From a bacterium (GTDB lineage Bacteria; UBA8248), in the NCBI GenBank assembly GCA_965204535.1, contig CBDBEV010000001.1:1376001-1440000 (forward strand): a stretch of DNA of 64,000 bases. Direction: 5' to 3'. Below are positions 10,646-20,356 of the stretch, piece by piece; positions within the stretch are counted from its first letter, which is position 1; every line of letters starts with the position of its first letter. Made by a program: the position numbers and the translations under genes. The notes below the pieces were generated by a model, which saw nothing but the letters and a program-made list of their open reading frames with translations, searched no databases and was not told the origin of the DNA.

Positions 10646-10732
10646 GCCGGAGTGGCGGAACTGGTAGACGCGCTAGATTCAGGTTCTAGTGGGCTTCGGC
10701 CCGTGGAGGTTCAAGTCCTCTCTCCGGCACCA
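10646..10732 (+). tRNA. tRNA-Leu (anticodon CAG)
   Basis: GCCGGAG/CTCCGGC acceptor stem with encoded CCA; anticodon arm CTAGA-TTCAGGT-TCTAG; long variable arm; GGTTCAAGTCC T-arm. Confidence 0.97.
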
Positions 10733-10786
10733 ATAAAATCATAACGGTTCCTGCACAGGTTCGCGCTTTTCGATTCGGGAGACTAC

Positions 10787-12040
10787 ATGAAGATCGTCGA
10801 GGACAAGCTTTCCAACGGGGTTCGCGTGGTGACGGCGGAACGCGCGGAATCGGCGGCCGTGGCGTTCCATATCTATTTCGGCTGCGGCGGCCGGCACGAG
10901 CGCGACGAGGTGGTGGGCGTTTCCCATGCGCTGGAGCACATGGTCTTCAAGGGCACTCCCTCGAGAACGACGCTCGACATCGCGCGCGAGATGGAAGGCA
11001 ACGGCGCGTCCATCAACGCCAACACGGCGCCCGAGCGCACTTGTTATCACTTCACGGCGCCGGCCGATGCGTTCGCCACCGTGCTGGAAGTCTATGCGGA
11101 CGCGGTGAACAACTGCCTGCTGGATAAAGACGAGTGGGACCGGGAGCGCATGGTCATCCTGGAAGAGTTGAAGATGTATGAGGACATGCCTCGGGTATGG
11201 GTGTCGGACATGCTCGAGACCACCGTCTACAACCTGCAGATGGGCGTCATCGGGGACCGCGATACCATCAACGCGATAGAGCCCGAGCACATGCGCGAGC
11301 TGATAGAGAAATGGTACACCCCCGGCAATACGGTGGTCTCCGTGGCGGGCGGCGTGAAGCATGAAGAAGTGATGGCGCTCTCCGAGCAGCATTTCGGGGG
11401 TCGGGCCGGCAGCGAAGAGAAGCCGCTTTCCCCCGGCTTGCCCGAAGAGAGCAAGGCCAAAATCGTGGATCAGGCCCGCCAGACGGATCAGGTGAATCTC
11501 GCGATCGGGTTTCGCGCCTTTGGCCTCAATCACGAGGACGCCGCCCCGCTTCGGGTGATGTGCAACATCCTGGGCGGCAAGATGAGCAGCAGGTTATTCA
11601 CCGAAGTGCGCGAGAAGCGGGGGCTCGCCTACAGCGTGGGCGCAGCACCGCACCGTTACACCGATACCGGCATGGTGGAACTGAAGGCGGGCGTGGCTCT
11701 CGAGAAGGCGGTGGAGGCGACCGAGGTGATGCTCTCCGAAACGGGCAGGTTCAAGAGCGAACCCGTGACGAGAGAGGAACTGGCGGAAGCGAAGCGCTAC
11801 ATCAAGGGAAATCTCCAGATACACGAGAGTTCGCAATACCATGCGGGCCGAAACGGCTCGAACCTCATGCTCAAAGGCAAGGTGTATCCCGTGGAGGAAG
11901 AGTTGGCGGATATCGACTCCGTGAATGAGGAAGATATCCAGCGGGTGGCGGGCGGGGTCTTTCAGGAAGAGAGACTTACGGCCGCCGTGATCGCGGAGCG
12001 AGAACTCGGCTCCGAAATCGAGGCGGTCCTCAAAATCTAG
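10787..12040 (+). CDS. M16 (pitrilysin/insulinase) family zinc peptidase
   Basis: Inverted zinc motif HALEH followed by MVFKGT; SSRLFTEVREKRGLAY. Confidence 0.93.
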   Translation: MKIVEDKLSNGVRVVTAERAESAAVAFHIYFGCGGRHERDEVVGVSHALEHMVFKGTPSRTTLDIAREMEGNGASINANTAPERTCYHFTAPADAFATVLEVYADAVNNCLLDKDEWDRERMVILEELKMYEDMPRVWVSDMLETTVYNLQMGVIGDRDTINAIEPEHMRELIEKWYTPGNTVVSVAGGVKHEEVMALSEQHFGGRAGSEEKPLSPGLPEESKAKIVDQARQTDQVNLAIGFRAFGLNHEDAAPLRVMCNILGGKMSSRLFTEVREKRGLAYSVGAAPHRYTDTGMVELKAGVALEKAVEATEVMLSETGRFKSEPVTREELAEAKRYIKGNLQIHESSQYHAGRNGSNLMLKGKVYPVEEELADIDSVNEEDIQRVAGGVFQEERLTAAVIAERELGSEIEAVLKI

Positions 12041-12060
12041 CCATCAATCCCCGGAAAATG

Positions 12061-14631
12061 CTAGCGAGCCGCTTCTTCTACCGTTACCCGAGGGCTGCTG
12101 AGAAGTATTTCCGTTCGACGATTTTTGGCGCGGCCCTCTTCGGTGTCGTTTTTCGCCACCGGGCGGTAAAATGAGTAGCCGGTCGCCGACATGCGTTCAG
12201 GCGATATGTTTTTCGATTCCAGGAACTTGACGATGGCGATAGCGCGCGCGAACGATAGTTCCCAATTCGAAGGATAGCGTCTGAGCAGATTGCCTCTGAT
12301 GGGCCGATTATCCGTATGTCCTTCTACCTGTATTATTTTGTCTTTTTGTTTTCCGAGAAATTCCGCAATCTTAGAGAGCGCCTCGCTTCCCTTTTCCCTG
12401 ATCCTGGCGCTTCCCAGATCAAACAAAAGATTGTTCACGAAGGTCACGCGGAGCAAGTCTTCAGTTCTTCGCAGCGTGATGGATTGTTCCTGTAGCTTGC
12501 TGTCCATCTTCTTCAGGTCTGATTCCAGTTGCTTGGCCCGTTCGGCTTCTTCGCGTGCCCTTTTCTCCAGAACTTTAGAGCGTGCGATTGCCAGCGTGTG
12601 TTTTTTGATCGTTTCCGCCAGGCTCAGGTTTGTCTGATCCAGCTTGTTCCTGATGAGGTCGGCCACGGAGGTTTTCTCCGCGATGAGTTGGCTCATCTCT
12701 TGAACCTGCGCCCGGAGGAGTTCCCTGGCTTTTCCGAGACGGTTTGCCTCTTCGGCCCGCTTTCTTGCGAGTTCGGCGTTTCGGGTCTTTGCTTTTTCCG
12801 CCTCCGTGCGCGTCTTGCGTTCAGTATCGAGAGTTTTCCGGGTTTCTTCGAGCGCGAGTTCGAGGTTCTGGGTTTTGGTTCTTCCCTTTTCGATGGTGGC
12901 GTTTTTCTCCGAGATGAGTCGGCTCATCGCCTGAACCTGGGTATTGAGGATTTCCCTGGTTTTCTCGAGGCGCTTCATCTCCGCGGCCCGGTTTTGCGCG
13001 AGTTCGGTTTTTTGCGCGGTTGATTTCTCGGCCTTAGCCGGCGCCTTGCGCTGACTGGCGACGCTGCGTTTTTTCGCCCTTGCCTGCTCGTCCTTGATGA
13101 GTTGCCCCATCTTTCGGGCCTGGGTCTCGAGAATCTTTCTGACTTGTTCGAGGCGCTTTATCTCTGCGGCCCGTTTTTGGGCGAGTTCGGTGGTATCTTT
13201 ATTTGATTTCTCAACCTTCACCCTTATCTTGCGCTCGGTTTCGAGGGCCGCCTGGATTTGCTTGAGCGCGCGCTCGAGACTTTGGGTTTTTGATTTTTCC
13301 TGTTCGATGTCGGCGCTCTTCTTCGCGATGAGTTGACGCATGATTCCAACCTGGGTCTCGAGGCGCTCTCTGGCTTTTTCGAGACGCTTTATCTCCACGG
13401 CCCGTTCGCTGGCGAGTTTGATGTTCTGCTGACTTGCTTTTTCGGCCTTGGCGCGCATCTTGCGCTCGGCATCGAGGGCCGCCTGGATTTGCTTGAGCTC
13501 GAGTTCGAGTTTTTGAGTTTTTGCTTTTTCCTGCTCGATGTCCGCGCTTTTCATCGCGATGAGTTGGCGCATCCTGCGGACTTGCGTCTGGAGAAGCTCC
13601 CTGACTTTTTCGAGACGCTTCATCTCCCGGGCGCGGGTGCTGGCGAGTTGGACGTTTTGCCGATTTGATTTTTCCATCTCGACCCGCATCTTGCGCTCGT
13701 TCTCGAGCGTGGTCTGGATTTGCCTGAGCGTGCGCTCGAGTTTTTGGGCCTTCGCTTTTTCCTGTTCGATGTCGGCGCTTTTCTCCGCGACGAGCTTGCT
13801 CATCTTTTGAGCCTGTGCCTCGAGTCCTTTTATCTCCTCGGCCCGCGCCTTACGCTCGTTTTCGAGAGTTGCCTCGATTTGCTTGAGCGTACGCTCGATA
13901 TTTTGATTCTTCACCGCCCCTTTCTCGATGTCGGCGCTTTTCTCGGCGATGAGTCGGCTCATCTTTTCAGCCTGGGTCACCAGGCGCTTTACCTCTTCGG
14001 CCCGATTCCCGGCGAGTTGTATGTTTTGTTGATTCGCTTGTTCTGCGTCGGCGCGCATCCTGCGCTCGTTATCGAGGGAGCCATGGATGATGTCGAGCGT
14101 GACTTTGAGGCTTCGGATTTGGGCTTTTCGCTGCTTGATGTCGGCGTTTTTCTCGGTGATGAGCCGGCTCATCTCTTTCGCTTGGGTCTCAAGGCGTTCT
14201 ATGTCTCCCGCCCTCTTGGCGGCGAGCTCGAGATTTTGCTGGTTTGATTTTTCCGTCTCGGCGCGCGTCTTGCGCTCGCTTTCGAGGGCGGTCTGGTTTT
14301 CCTGGAGCGCGGACTCAAGGCCTTGGATTTTCGCTTGGCCTTGCTCGATAGCGGCGTTTTTCTCGGTGACGCGCCTGTCCAGCTCTTCCATTTGTGTCTT
14401 GGCGGAGGCGACCTCTTTTGCGAGCCGGGATCCCAGACTCTTCATCTTCTGGTCTATGTCTTTGAAGCCCTGGATGTCGCTCTTGAGCTTGGCGGAATTC
14501 TCTTTTTCTTTTGAGAGTTCAGCTTCTCTTTGCTGCAGCAGCTCTTTTGTCGATTGGGATTGCTGGGCGAAATATCCTGTCCCGCCGAGCAGAACGGCGA
14601 TAATCGCCCCTATGGAGATGCGAAGCCCCAC
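12061..14631 (-). CDS. Membrane-anchored long coiled-coil repeat protein with a C-terminal OmpA/MotB peptidoglycan-binding domain
   Basis: N-terminal hydrophobic helix; about eight EKxAxIE repeats; C-terminal LFDLGSA, VEGHTDN, SNWELSFARA and NRRTEI. Confidence 0.88.
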   Translation of the reverse strand: MGLRISIGAIIAVLLGGTGYFAQQSQSTKELLQQREAELSKEKENSAKLKSDIQGFKDIDQKMKSLGSRLAKEVASAKTQMEELDRRVTEKNAAIEQGQAKIQGLESALQENQTALESERKTRAETEKSNQQNLELAAKRAGDIERLETQAKEMSRLITEKNADIKQRKAQIRSLKVTLDIIHGSLDNERRMRADAEQANQQNIQLAGNRAEEVKRLVTQAEKMSRLIAEKSADIEKGAVKNQNIERTLKQIEATLENERKARAEEIKGLEAQAQKMSKLVAEKSADIEQEKAKAQKLERTLRQIQTTLENERKMRVEMEKSNRQNVQLASTRAREMKRLEKVRELLQTQVRRMRQLIAMKSADIEQEKAKTQKLELELKQIQAALDAERKMRAKAEKASQQNIKLASERAVEIKRLEKARERLETQVGIMRQLIAKKSADIEQEKSKTQSLERALKQIQAALETERKIRVKVEKSNKDTTELAQKRAAEIKRLEQVRKILETQARKMGQLIKDEQARAKKRSVASQRKAPAKAEKSTAQKTELAQNRAAEMKRLEKTREILNTQVQAMSRLISEKNATIEKGRTKTQNLELALEETRKTLDTERKTRTEAEKAKTRNAELARKRAEEANRLGKARELLRAQVQEMSQLIAEKTSVADLIRNKLDQTNLSLAETIKKHTLAIARSKVLEKRAREEAERAKQLESDLKKMDSKLQEQSITLRRTEDLLRVTFVNNLLFDLGSARIREKGSEALSKIAEFLGKQKDKIIQVEGHTDNRPIRGNLLRRYPSNWELSFARAIAIVKFLESKNISPERMSATGYSFYRPVAKNDTEEGRAKNRRTEILLSSPRVTVEEAAR

Positions 14632-14745
14632 GGTTATTCTCCTGCAAGGGCGATGGTAGGTGTTACGTCTTTCATAATTCTAATTATATCACTCATTGTC
14701 GGGAAATTGGAAGAGACAAACCATAGTTGCGGTGTTATGAAAGCG

Positions 14746-14769
14746 AAGCCGGGGCCGAAGCCCCGGCTT
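14746..14769 (-). terminator. Terminator-like hairpin downstream of the BI-1/YccA gene
   Basis: 10-bp stem aagccggggc/gccccggctt with a UUCG loop on the minus strand; the U-tract is weak. Confidence 0.6.
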
Positions 14770-14793
14770 TGTGGATGGATAAGGTTGCCTTGC

Positions 14794-15504
14794 TCATTCG
14801 CGTGAAGCGCCCAGAAGCTGCGTGAGATAAATGAACATCATGATGAAATCGAGGTAGAGTTCGAGCGCCGCCATGATGGAGGCGCGCCTGCCCGTTTCGT
14901 TGTCCGTGTCCTGGGTGTAGGCGTATTCCTTCATCTTCTGGGTGTCATAGGCCGTCAGTCCCGCAAAGATGAGAACGCCCAGAACGCTGATGGCGAAATG
15001 AACGGCGGAACTGCCCACGAAGATGTTGACGACGCTGGCGAGGATGATGCCGATGAGCCCCACCATGCAGAAATTGCCCACGCCGGACAAGTCTTTTTTG
15101 GTCACGAAGGCGAAGAGGGTCAATCCGCCGAACGCGCCGCCGGTCACGAAAAACGCCTGGGCCACGGAAGTGAGCGTGTAGCGCAGGAGCAGGGTGGAGA
15201 CGGTGACGCCCAGCGTCGCGCTGTAGAGCAGGAACAGCACCGCGCCCGCCTGCCAGCCTTTGCTGCGCATCACCGGCCGGATGGAGAAAACCAGGGCGAG
15301 TTGAACGCCGATGACCAGAAATACCGAGATGGAGCTTCCAAAGATGAATTGGATGGCGGCGGGGCTGGATGCGACGTAGAACGCGCTGAAGCCCGTGACG
15401 AAGAGCCCCAGCGTCATCCAACCGTAGACGCGCTGCATGAACGCGGCGGCGTCTTGTGCGATGACGCGTTGCCCGGTCGAGCGAGTGAAGTCTTGAGAGC
15501 GCAT
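14794..15504 (-). CDS. Bax inhibitor-1/YccA family membrane protein
   Basis: FMQRVYGWM, LTAYDTQK and ALELYLDF; start moved to ATG 15504, which follows AGGAGG. Confidence 0.93.
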   Translation of the reverse strand: MRSQDFTRSTGQRVIAQDAAAFMQRVYGWMTLGLFVTGFSAFYVASSPAAIQFIFGSSISVFLVIGVQLALVFSIRPVMRSKGWQAGAVLFLLYSATLGVTVSTLLLRYTLTSVAQAFFVTGGAFGGLTLFAFVTKKDLSGVGNFCMVGLIGIILASVVNIFVGSSAVHFAISVLGVLIFAGLTAYDTQKMKEYAYTQDTDNETGRRASIMAALELYLDFIMMFIYLTQLLGASRE

Positions 15505-15721
15505 TGAAGTGTTCCTCCTGGGTTGTCCAATCTTTTCGTATCTTAGGCGAAGCGGCCAGAGTTTATTCAAGCTTCCGTGAATTCATATCCCCTGAATTCA
15601 GGAATATCACCGTACACCCGCTAATATATCCCATTTGGTGAATGTTTCAAGACTTGAAATTGTGCTTTCTTGCTACGGCGCCGCATTCAGTCCTGAAGAA
15701 ACGTCCGTGCGGAAGCACTGT

Positions 15722-15750
15722 TTGACTTGGATTGTAAGGCCCCATACAAT
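15722..15750 (+). promoter_or_regulatory. Sigma70-type promoter with an overlapping inverted repeat (candidate MarR operator)
   Basis: TTGACT-N17-TACAAT; ATTGTA-N8-TACAAT inverted repeat at 15731-15750. Confidence 0.7.
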
Positions 15751-15785
15751 TAGGCTCCATAGCATTTCATTTTCGGAGCAATTCC

Positions 15786-16328
15786 ATGTTCTATATGAAA
15801 GAACTGCCGAACGAGGAAGATTTCAGGCCACTCGTGCCGGAGTATTCCTCTCTGGATACTTCCTCGGTCATGTTGTTTTATCTTTTCCTGCAGGTCGGCA
15901 GTGATATGCTCACCGCCTTTGAAACGTATCTGGCCAATCACGGCGTATCGCAGGGTAGATTCATCGTTCTGTTGCTGCTGCTGCGTTCGCAAATGAGAAA
16001 CAACGGTTCGGGCTTAAGCCCCTCGGAGTTGGCCGGGCAAGCCGGCGTGACGCGCGCGACGATGACCGGCTTGATGAAGGGGCTTCAGCGCGACGGGCTT
16101 ATCGAGCGTTTCAGCCACGATGGCGACAGGAGGAAAGTCATCGTGCGCCTGACGCCCAAGGGAAAAGAGAGCCTGCACGCTATTTTCCCGGACTATTACT
16201 CCCGCATAGCGGACCTCATGAATGATCTGGAGGACGATGAAAGAGAGAAATTTTCCATGCTCCTCCATAAAGTGAAGAACAAAATGTATTCATCGAAACA
16301 GGCGCCGGCCGCCGGCGCTCGAGGATGA
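15786..16328 (+). CDS. MarR-family transcriptional regulator
   Basis: SPSELA...VTRATMTGL...L..DGLIER...DRR..IVRLTPKG winged helix. Confidence 0.93.
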   Translation: MFYMKELPNEEDFRPLVPEYSSLDTSSVMLFYLFLQVGSDMLTAFETYLANHGVSQGRFIVLLLLLRSQMRNNGSGLSPSELAGQAGVTRATMTGLMKGLQRDGLIERFSHDGDRRKVIVRLTPKGKESLHAIFPDYYSRIADLMNDLEDDEREKFSMLLHKVKNKMYSSKQAPAAGARG

Positions 16329-16361
16329 AGAAAACCTCTGTCGAGGAAGGAGAATAAGGCG

Positions 16362-17606
16362 ATGCCGAAACCCAAAGTGATTATCCAGCTGTATCCCATG
16401 CTGCCGACGGAAAACCGGGAGGAGCGCGAGCAGAAACGTCCCCTGGCCAGGGACAAGGACTTGTACCATCACGTGCTTCACGAATGGACGGACATCGTGA
16501 AGGCCGCCGATGAGATGGGTGTCTGGGGCATCAGCACCATCGAGCACCACCTGCATTCGGAGGGTTATGAGGTTGGGCCGAACCCGGGCGTTCTCAACGC
16601 TTGGTGGGCGAATCATGTCAAGAATGCGCGGGTGGGCGCGCTCGGTTACGTCATGGCGACTCAGGATCCGATTCGCGTGGCCGAGGAGACGGCCATCCTC
16701 GATCACATCACCAAGGGGAAGTTCTTCTGCGGCCTGGCGCGCGGATATCAGTCCAGATGGTCGAACGTCCTGGGGCAGTTCAGCGACACCCGGGCCACCG
16801 TCTCCGACGCCCTCGGCGGGGCCGACGACGTGAAGAACCGGGACATCTTCGAAGAGCGCGTCGAGATGCTCCTGAAATTCTGGCAGGAAGATTCGGTGGA
16901 AGTGAAGGGGAATTACTACGAGATTCCCTACCCGTATGAAGAGGGCATCGATTACCCGGCCTGGAAGAGCGCCCGGGACGCCGGCGCAATCGGCGAGATC
17001 GGCGACGACAATCGGGTGCGAAGGGTGAGCGTCGTGCCCAAACCCTATCAGGAGCCTTATCCGCCCGTGTTCCAGGCCGTGAGCGCGAGCCCCGATTCCA
17101 TCAAATTCGCCGCAAGAAACGGTTTCCGGCCCGTGTATTTCACCAAACTGGAAAAGATGGAAGAATTCTCCCACCTCTACGTGGAAGAAGCAGCCAAGGC
17201 GGGCCACAACTTCGCACATGGCGAGCGGCAGTGCGTCTGCCGTTGGATTCATGTGACGGACACCGAAGAAGAGTACGACGAGAAGCTCAAGAACTACGAT
17301 CAGGATATCTACCAGAACTTCTACGTGCCCTTCTTCCCGCAGTTCCCCGACGACACGGAGAGCATCGACTGGATCCAGAACATCAAGGAAAGCGGCATCT
17401 TCCTGGGTGGTCCGGTGGACAAGCTCAAGCAAGAATGGGAGGAAACGTACGAGAAAGTGCCTTCCGAGTTCATTACTCTCATCTGGCACTACGCGCAGTG
17501 CCCCAAGGAAGAGGTTATTTATGAGCTTGAGACGTTTATGACGAAAGTCTGGCCCGACCTCGAGTGTCCGGTGTCGAATGGCGTCACGGTCGGCGGCGTC
17601 GCCTGA
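16362..17606 (+). CDS. LLM-class (luciferase-like) flavin-dependent oxidoreductase
   Basis: IEHH, DPIRVAEETAILDHITKG, ARGYQ and PKPYQEPYPP. Confidence 0.9.
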   Translation: MPKPKVIIQLYPMLPTENREEREQKRPLARDKDLYHHVLHEWTDIVKAADEMGVWGISTIEHHLHSEGYEVGPNPGVLNAWWANHVKNARVGALGYVMATQDPIRVAEETAILDHITKGKFFCGLARGYQSRWSNVLGQFSDTRATVSDALGGADDVKNRDIFEERVEMLLKFWQEDSVEVKGNYYEIPYPYEEGIDYPAWKSARDAGAIGEIGDDNRVRRVSVVPKPYQEPYPPVFQAVSASPDSIKFAARNGFRPVYFTKLEKMEEFSHLYVEEAAKAGHNFAHGERQCVCRWIHVTDTEEEYDEKLKNYDQDIYQNFYVPFFPQFPDDTESIDWIQNIKESGIFLGGPVDKLKQEWEETYEKVPSEFITLIWHYAQCPKEEVIYELETFMTKVWPDLECPVSNGVTVGGVA

Positions 17607-17621
17607 TTTTTGTTGACGATG

Positions 17622-17650
17622 AAGCCCCCGCATTCACGTGCGGGGGTTTT
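17622..17650 (+). terminator. Rho-independent terminator-like hairpin after the LLM gene
   Basis: cccccgca/tgcggggg stem followed by TTTT. Confidence 0.6.
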
Positions 17651-17675
17651 GCATAACGTTTTTGAGGAGACGAGC

Positions 17676-18389
17676 ATGTATGAAATCATCGATCTGAGCC
17701 AGGAGATCTACACCGGCGCGCCCAGGTTTCCCGGGCACCCGGCGACGGAAATCGAATACGTCGCCCGGCACGAAGACGCAGCCAATGCGCCGATCAAGCC
17801 GAAGGACATCACATACGCCGCCATGATGCTTCACATGTGCGATCACGGCCCGACGCATACCGATTCGGTCAGCCACATCGATGAGCGTGAAACGGCGCCC
17901 AATATCGATCAGGCGCCGCTCGAATGGTTCATCACACGGGCGATTGCGCTCGATTTCACGGGCAAGGTGGGGCCGATGGAAGAAATTTCCCTGCAATTGT
18001 TACAGGACGAGCTTTCGGCGGCGAACCTCGCACCCCCCAAAGACGGCACGTTCCTCTTCACGGGGGGGCATTTCAAGCGCACCTATCCGACGGATGATTA
18101 CCTCACAACGTACCCGGGTCTGGGTTACGACGCCGCGAATTTTCTGTATCGCGAATGCGGCGTGGTGAACATCGGCCAGGATGCGCCGAGCATCGATGCC
18201 GGCGTGAACACCACGGAGATGACGTTCCCCTGCCATGTGCTTTGCCGGGAACTTCAGCGCCACAACACGGAAAATCTCGCGAATGTGGAAGCGGTGGGGG
18301 GGAAGGAATTTCTCTATGTGGGGCTTCCGCTCAAGATTCGCGCGGGCACCGGCTCTCCCATACGGGCCGTCGCCGTCATGAACCTTTAA
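17676..18389 (+). CDS. Cyclase (kynurenine formamidase-like) family metal-dependent hydrolase
   Basis: IIDLSQ, HGPTHTD, ENLAN and PLKIRAGTGSPIRAVA; start set at ATG 17676 after GAGGAG. Confidence 0.9.
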   Translation: MYEIIDLSQEIYTGAPRFPGHPATEIEYVARHEDAANAPIKPKDITYAAMMLHMCDHGPTHTDSVSHIDERETAPNIDQAPLEWFITRAIALDFTGKVGPMEEISLQLLQDELSAANLAPPKDGTFLFTGGHFKRTYPTDDYLTTYPGLGYDAANFLYRECGVVNIGQDAPSIDAGVNTTEMTFPCHVLCRELQRHNTENLANVEAVGGKEFLYVGLPLKIRAGTGSPIRAVAVMNL

Positions 18390-18512
18390 TAAAGCGGGGA
18401 AATCTTCGTCTTTGCCATGCGTTAGTCGGAGGCGGGCATTCCCCGAATCGCTTTGCCGCCGTCATGGTTTTTGAGCGAGAGGGTTTCTCGGTTTGTGAGG
18501 AGATTTCAAGAC

Positions 18513-18863
18513 ATGCCCAAGACAGTGGATTGGTACTACCATCGCTCCGGCTGAAAGACCTGCGCCAAAACGCAAGCGTTTCTTGCGGAAAATGGAATCG
18601 AGGTATCCGAGCAGGCCAGTTCCAGAAAAGACGTGGTGGATGAGAACAACGTCGATTCGCTTCTGGACGGCGTGACGGACGTCTATTCGACCAGGAGCAG
18701 GAAGGTCATTCACCTGGATATCAAAAAAGCGAACCCTGCGCGCGAAGACGTGCTGGCGCTTTTGATGGGCCGCTCGGGCACGCTCAGGGCGCCGGTCATC
18801 AAACATCGCAGCGCCCTCATCGTCGGCTTCGACGCGGAAACGTATTCACAGGTTTTGACGTAA
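18513..18863 (+). CDS. ArsC-family/thioredoxin-fold selenoprotein (UxxC), 116 aa
   Basis: GAGGAG then ATG 18513 gives MPKTVDWYYHRSG-U(TGA 18552-18554)-KTCAKTQAFL, in frame with the 18633-18863 ORF that contains GTLRAP...IVGF. Confidence 0.88.
18571..18587 (+). promoter_or_regulatory. Candidate bacterial SECIS for the ArsC-like gene
   Basis: CGCAAG-CGTTT-CTTGCG hairpin; the loop begins 22 nt after the UGA and has G at position 2. Confidence 0.65.
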
Positions 18864-18879
18864 ATCTTCTCTGGGTGTC

Positions 18880-20334
18880 TCAGAGGGCCAACTGGCCCTC
18901 GGTGGGTTCCGCTCAGCAGAACCACGATTCGGTCAAACGGGGCGGGCGGATTCGGTCGGGCGCGAAGGCGGCCTTTGGCTGCTCTTGATCGGGGCGTTCG
19001 AGAACCTCGGCCGCCAATTCGCGAATCCTCGCAAAAGTCACGGCGGCGTCCTCTTGGCGAGTGGCAGCGTCCTCCACGAGAGTGAGCGCCTCCTGGTGCA
19101 GCTTGTCCATTCGCGCGTCGGGATGCGCCCAGCGGTAGATGAAATTCTCGGCGTCGAGTTCGGTGATGTATCTCTTCATGTGGGGGGAGTCGAGTAAATG
19201 GGAACCCGGCGGCACCAGTAGCCGGATGGCCATCTGAATCGGGTCGACCTCGTCGATCAAGGCGTTTTCTTCAATGAAATCAAGCAAGTCGAAATAATCC
19301 TGCGCGCTTGTCCACGGCGTGAATGCGACCAGAGACGGCCTGATGGAAACGCGCGCCTCCCGGGCGGCTTTCACGACGCGGAAGACGTCCTCCCTGTTGT
19401 GCCCTTTTACCAGATGACCAAGGACGAGGTCGCTCAGAGACTCCACCGCGGTAATGATAAACGCGCATCCGTTATCTCTAAACTCCGGCAGAAGCTCCTC
19501 GTGCTTGATGAGGTGCTCGACCTTGGCCGTGAAGTCGAAGGTGAGCGAGGGAAACCGCTCGTGCATGGCGCGGGCGACCCGGAGCGCATGAGCGGGGCCG
19601 TTCAGGAAATCCGGGTCCGCAAAGGTGATGTGGCGCGCGCCTTGCGCCGCCAGGTCTTCGATGTCTTCCAGAACTTTGTCCTGCGGCACGACGAAGAAAC
19701 GGCCCTCATACACCGGCGGAATGGGGCAATGGAGGCACAAGTGCTTGCAGCCTCGGCTCGCTTCGACGGCGCCCGCAGGATAATGCTGCCCCTCCTTCAC
19801 GAGATGGGCGTATGCCTGAAGCGCGGGCAATCCTTCCCGGTCAGGTTTGAGCAGGGGGATTTTTTCGAGATACGGGCCGGATGTTCGCTCTCTCGTGGCC
19901 GCGCCGGCTACTTCAATGTTCCCCGAGGCTTGGGACAGTTCTTGAACGAGCCTCACGAGCGGAAGCTCGAACTCACCGCCGATCGCCGAATCCCCGCCGT
20001 TCTCAAGCAGATAGCCCTTGTTGAGCAGGCCGTATAGGCCATAGAAACAGATGTGGCACCCCGGGTTCGCCTCGCGTACTTTCGCCGCGACTTCCACGCC
20101 GAGCCTGAGCGCGGTGTGCATCGGTACGCTGATGCCGACGAATTTGGCATTTTCGATTTTTTGTGGGGAGAAGTCCTCCGCCGCAACGTCCATCGCCCGG
20201 GGACGAAAGCCCGCTTTGCGCAAAAAAGCCAGGGGCGAGGCGACGGCCAGGGGCTGGTGACCCAACTCGTAACACGAGACGAGGACGACGGCGCCGGGCG
20301 CTCGCCACTCCGAAGCCTTATCGGTTCGGTTCAC
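18880..20334 (-). CDS. B12-binding radical SAM selenoprotein with a CUAEP tail
   Basis: CKHLCLHC motif and an N-terminal cobalamin-binding-like domain. Reading through TGA 18915-18913 gives ...LTESWFC-U-AEPTEGQLAL* with the stop at 18882-18880. Start is uncertain (GTG 20334 versus ATG 20376). Confidence 0.88.
18883..18900 (-). promoter_or_regulatory. Candidate bacterial SECIS for the radical SAM gene
   Basis: GAGGGCC-AGTT-GGCCCTC hairpin starting 12 nt after the UGA, with G at loop position 2. Confidence 0.75.
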
Positions 20335-20356
20335 GGCGAAATCTCTCGTTCGGCAC

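Noticed and set aside
10646-14631. Genomic island integrated at tRNA-Leu
   Set aside because: No integrase and no duplicated tRNA 3' end were seen in the window.
18820-18882. Read-through of the second TGA of the radical SAM gene
   Set aside because: There is no Cys-like context, and the extension would run antisense into the ArsC-like gene.
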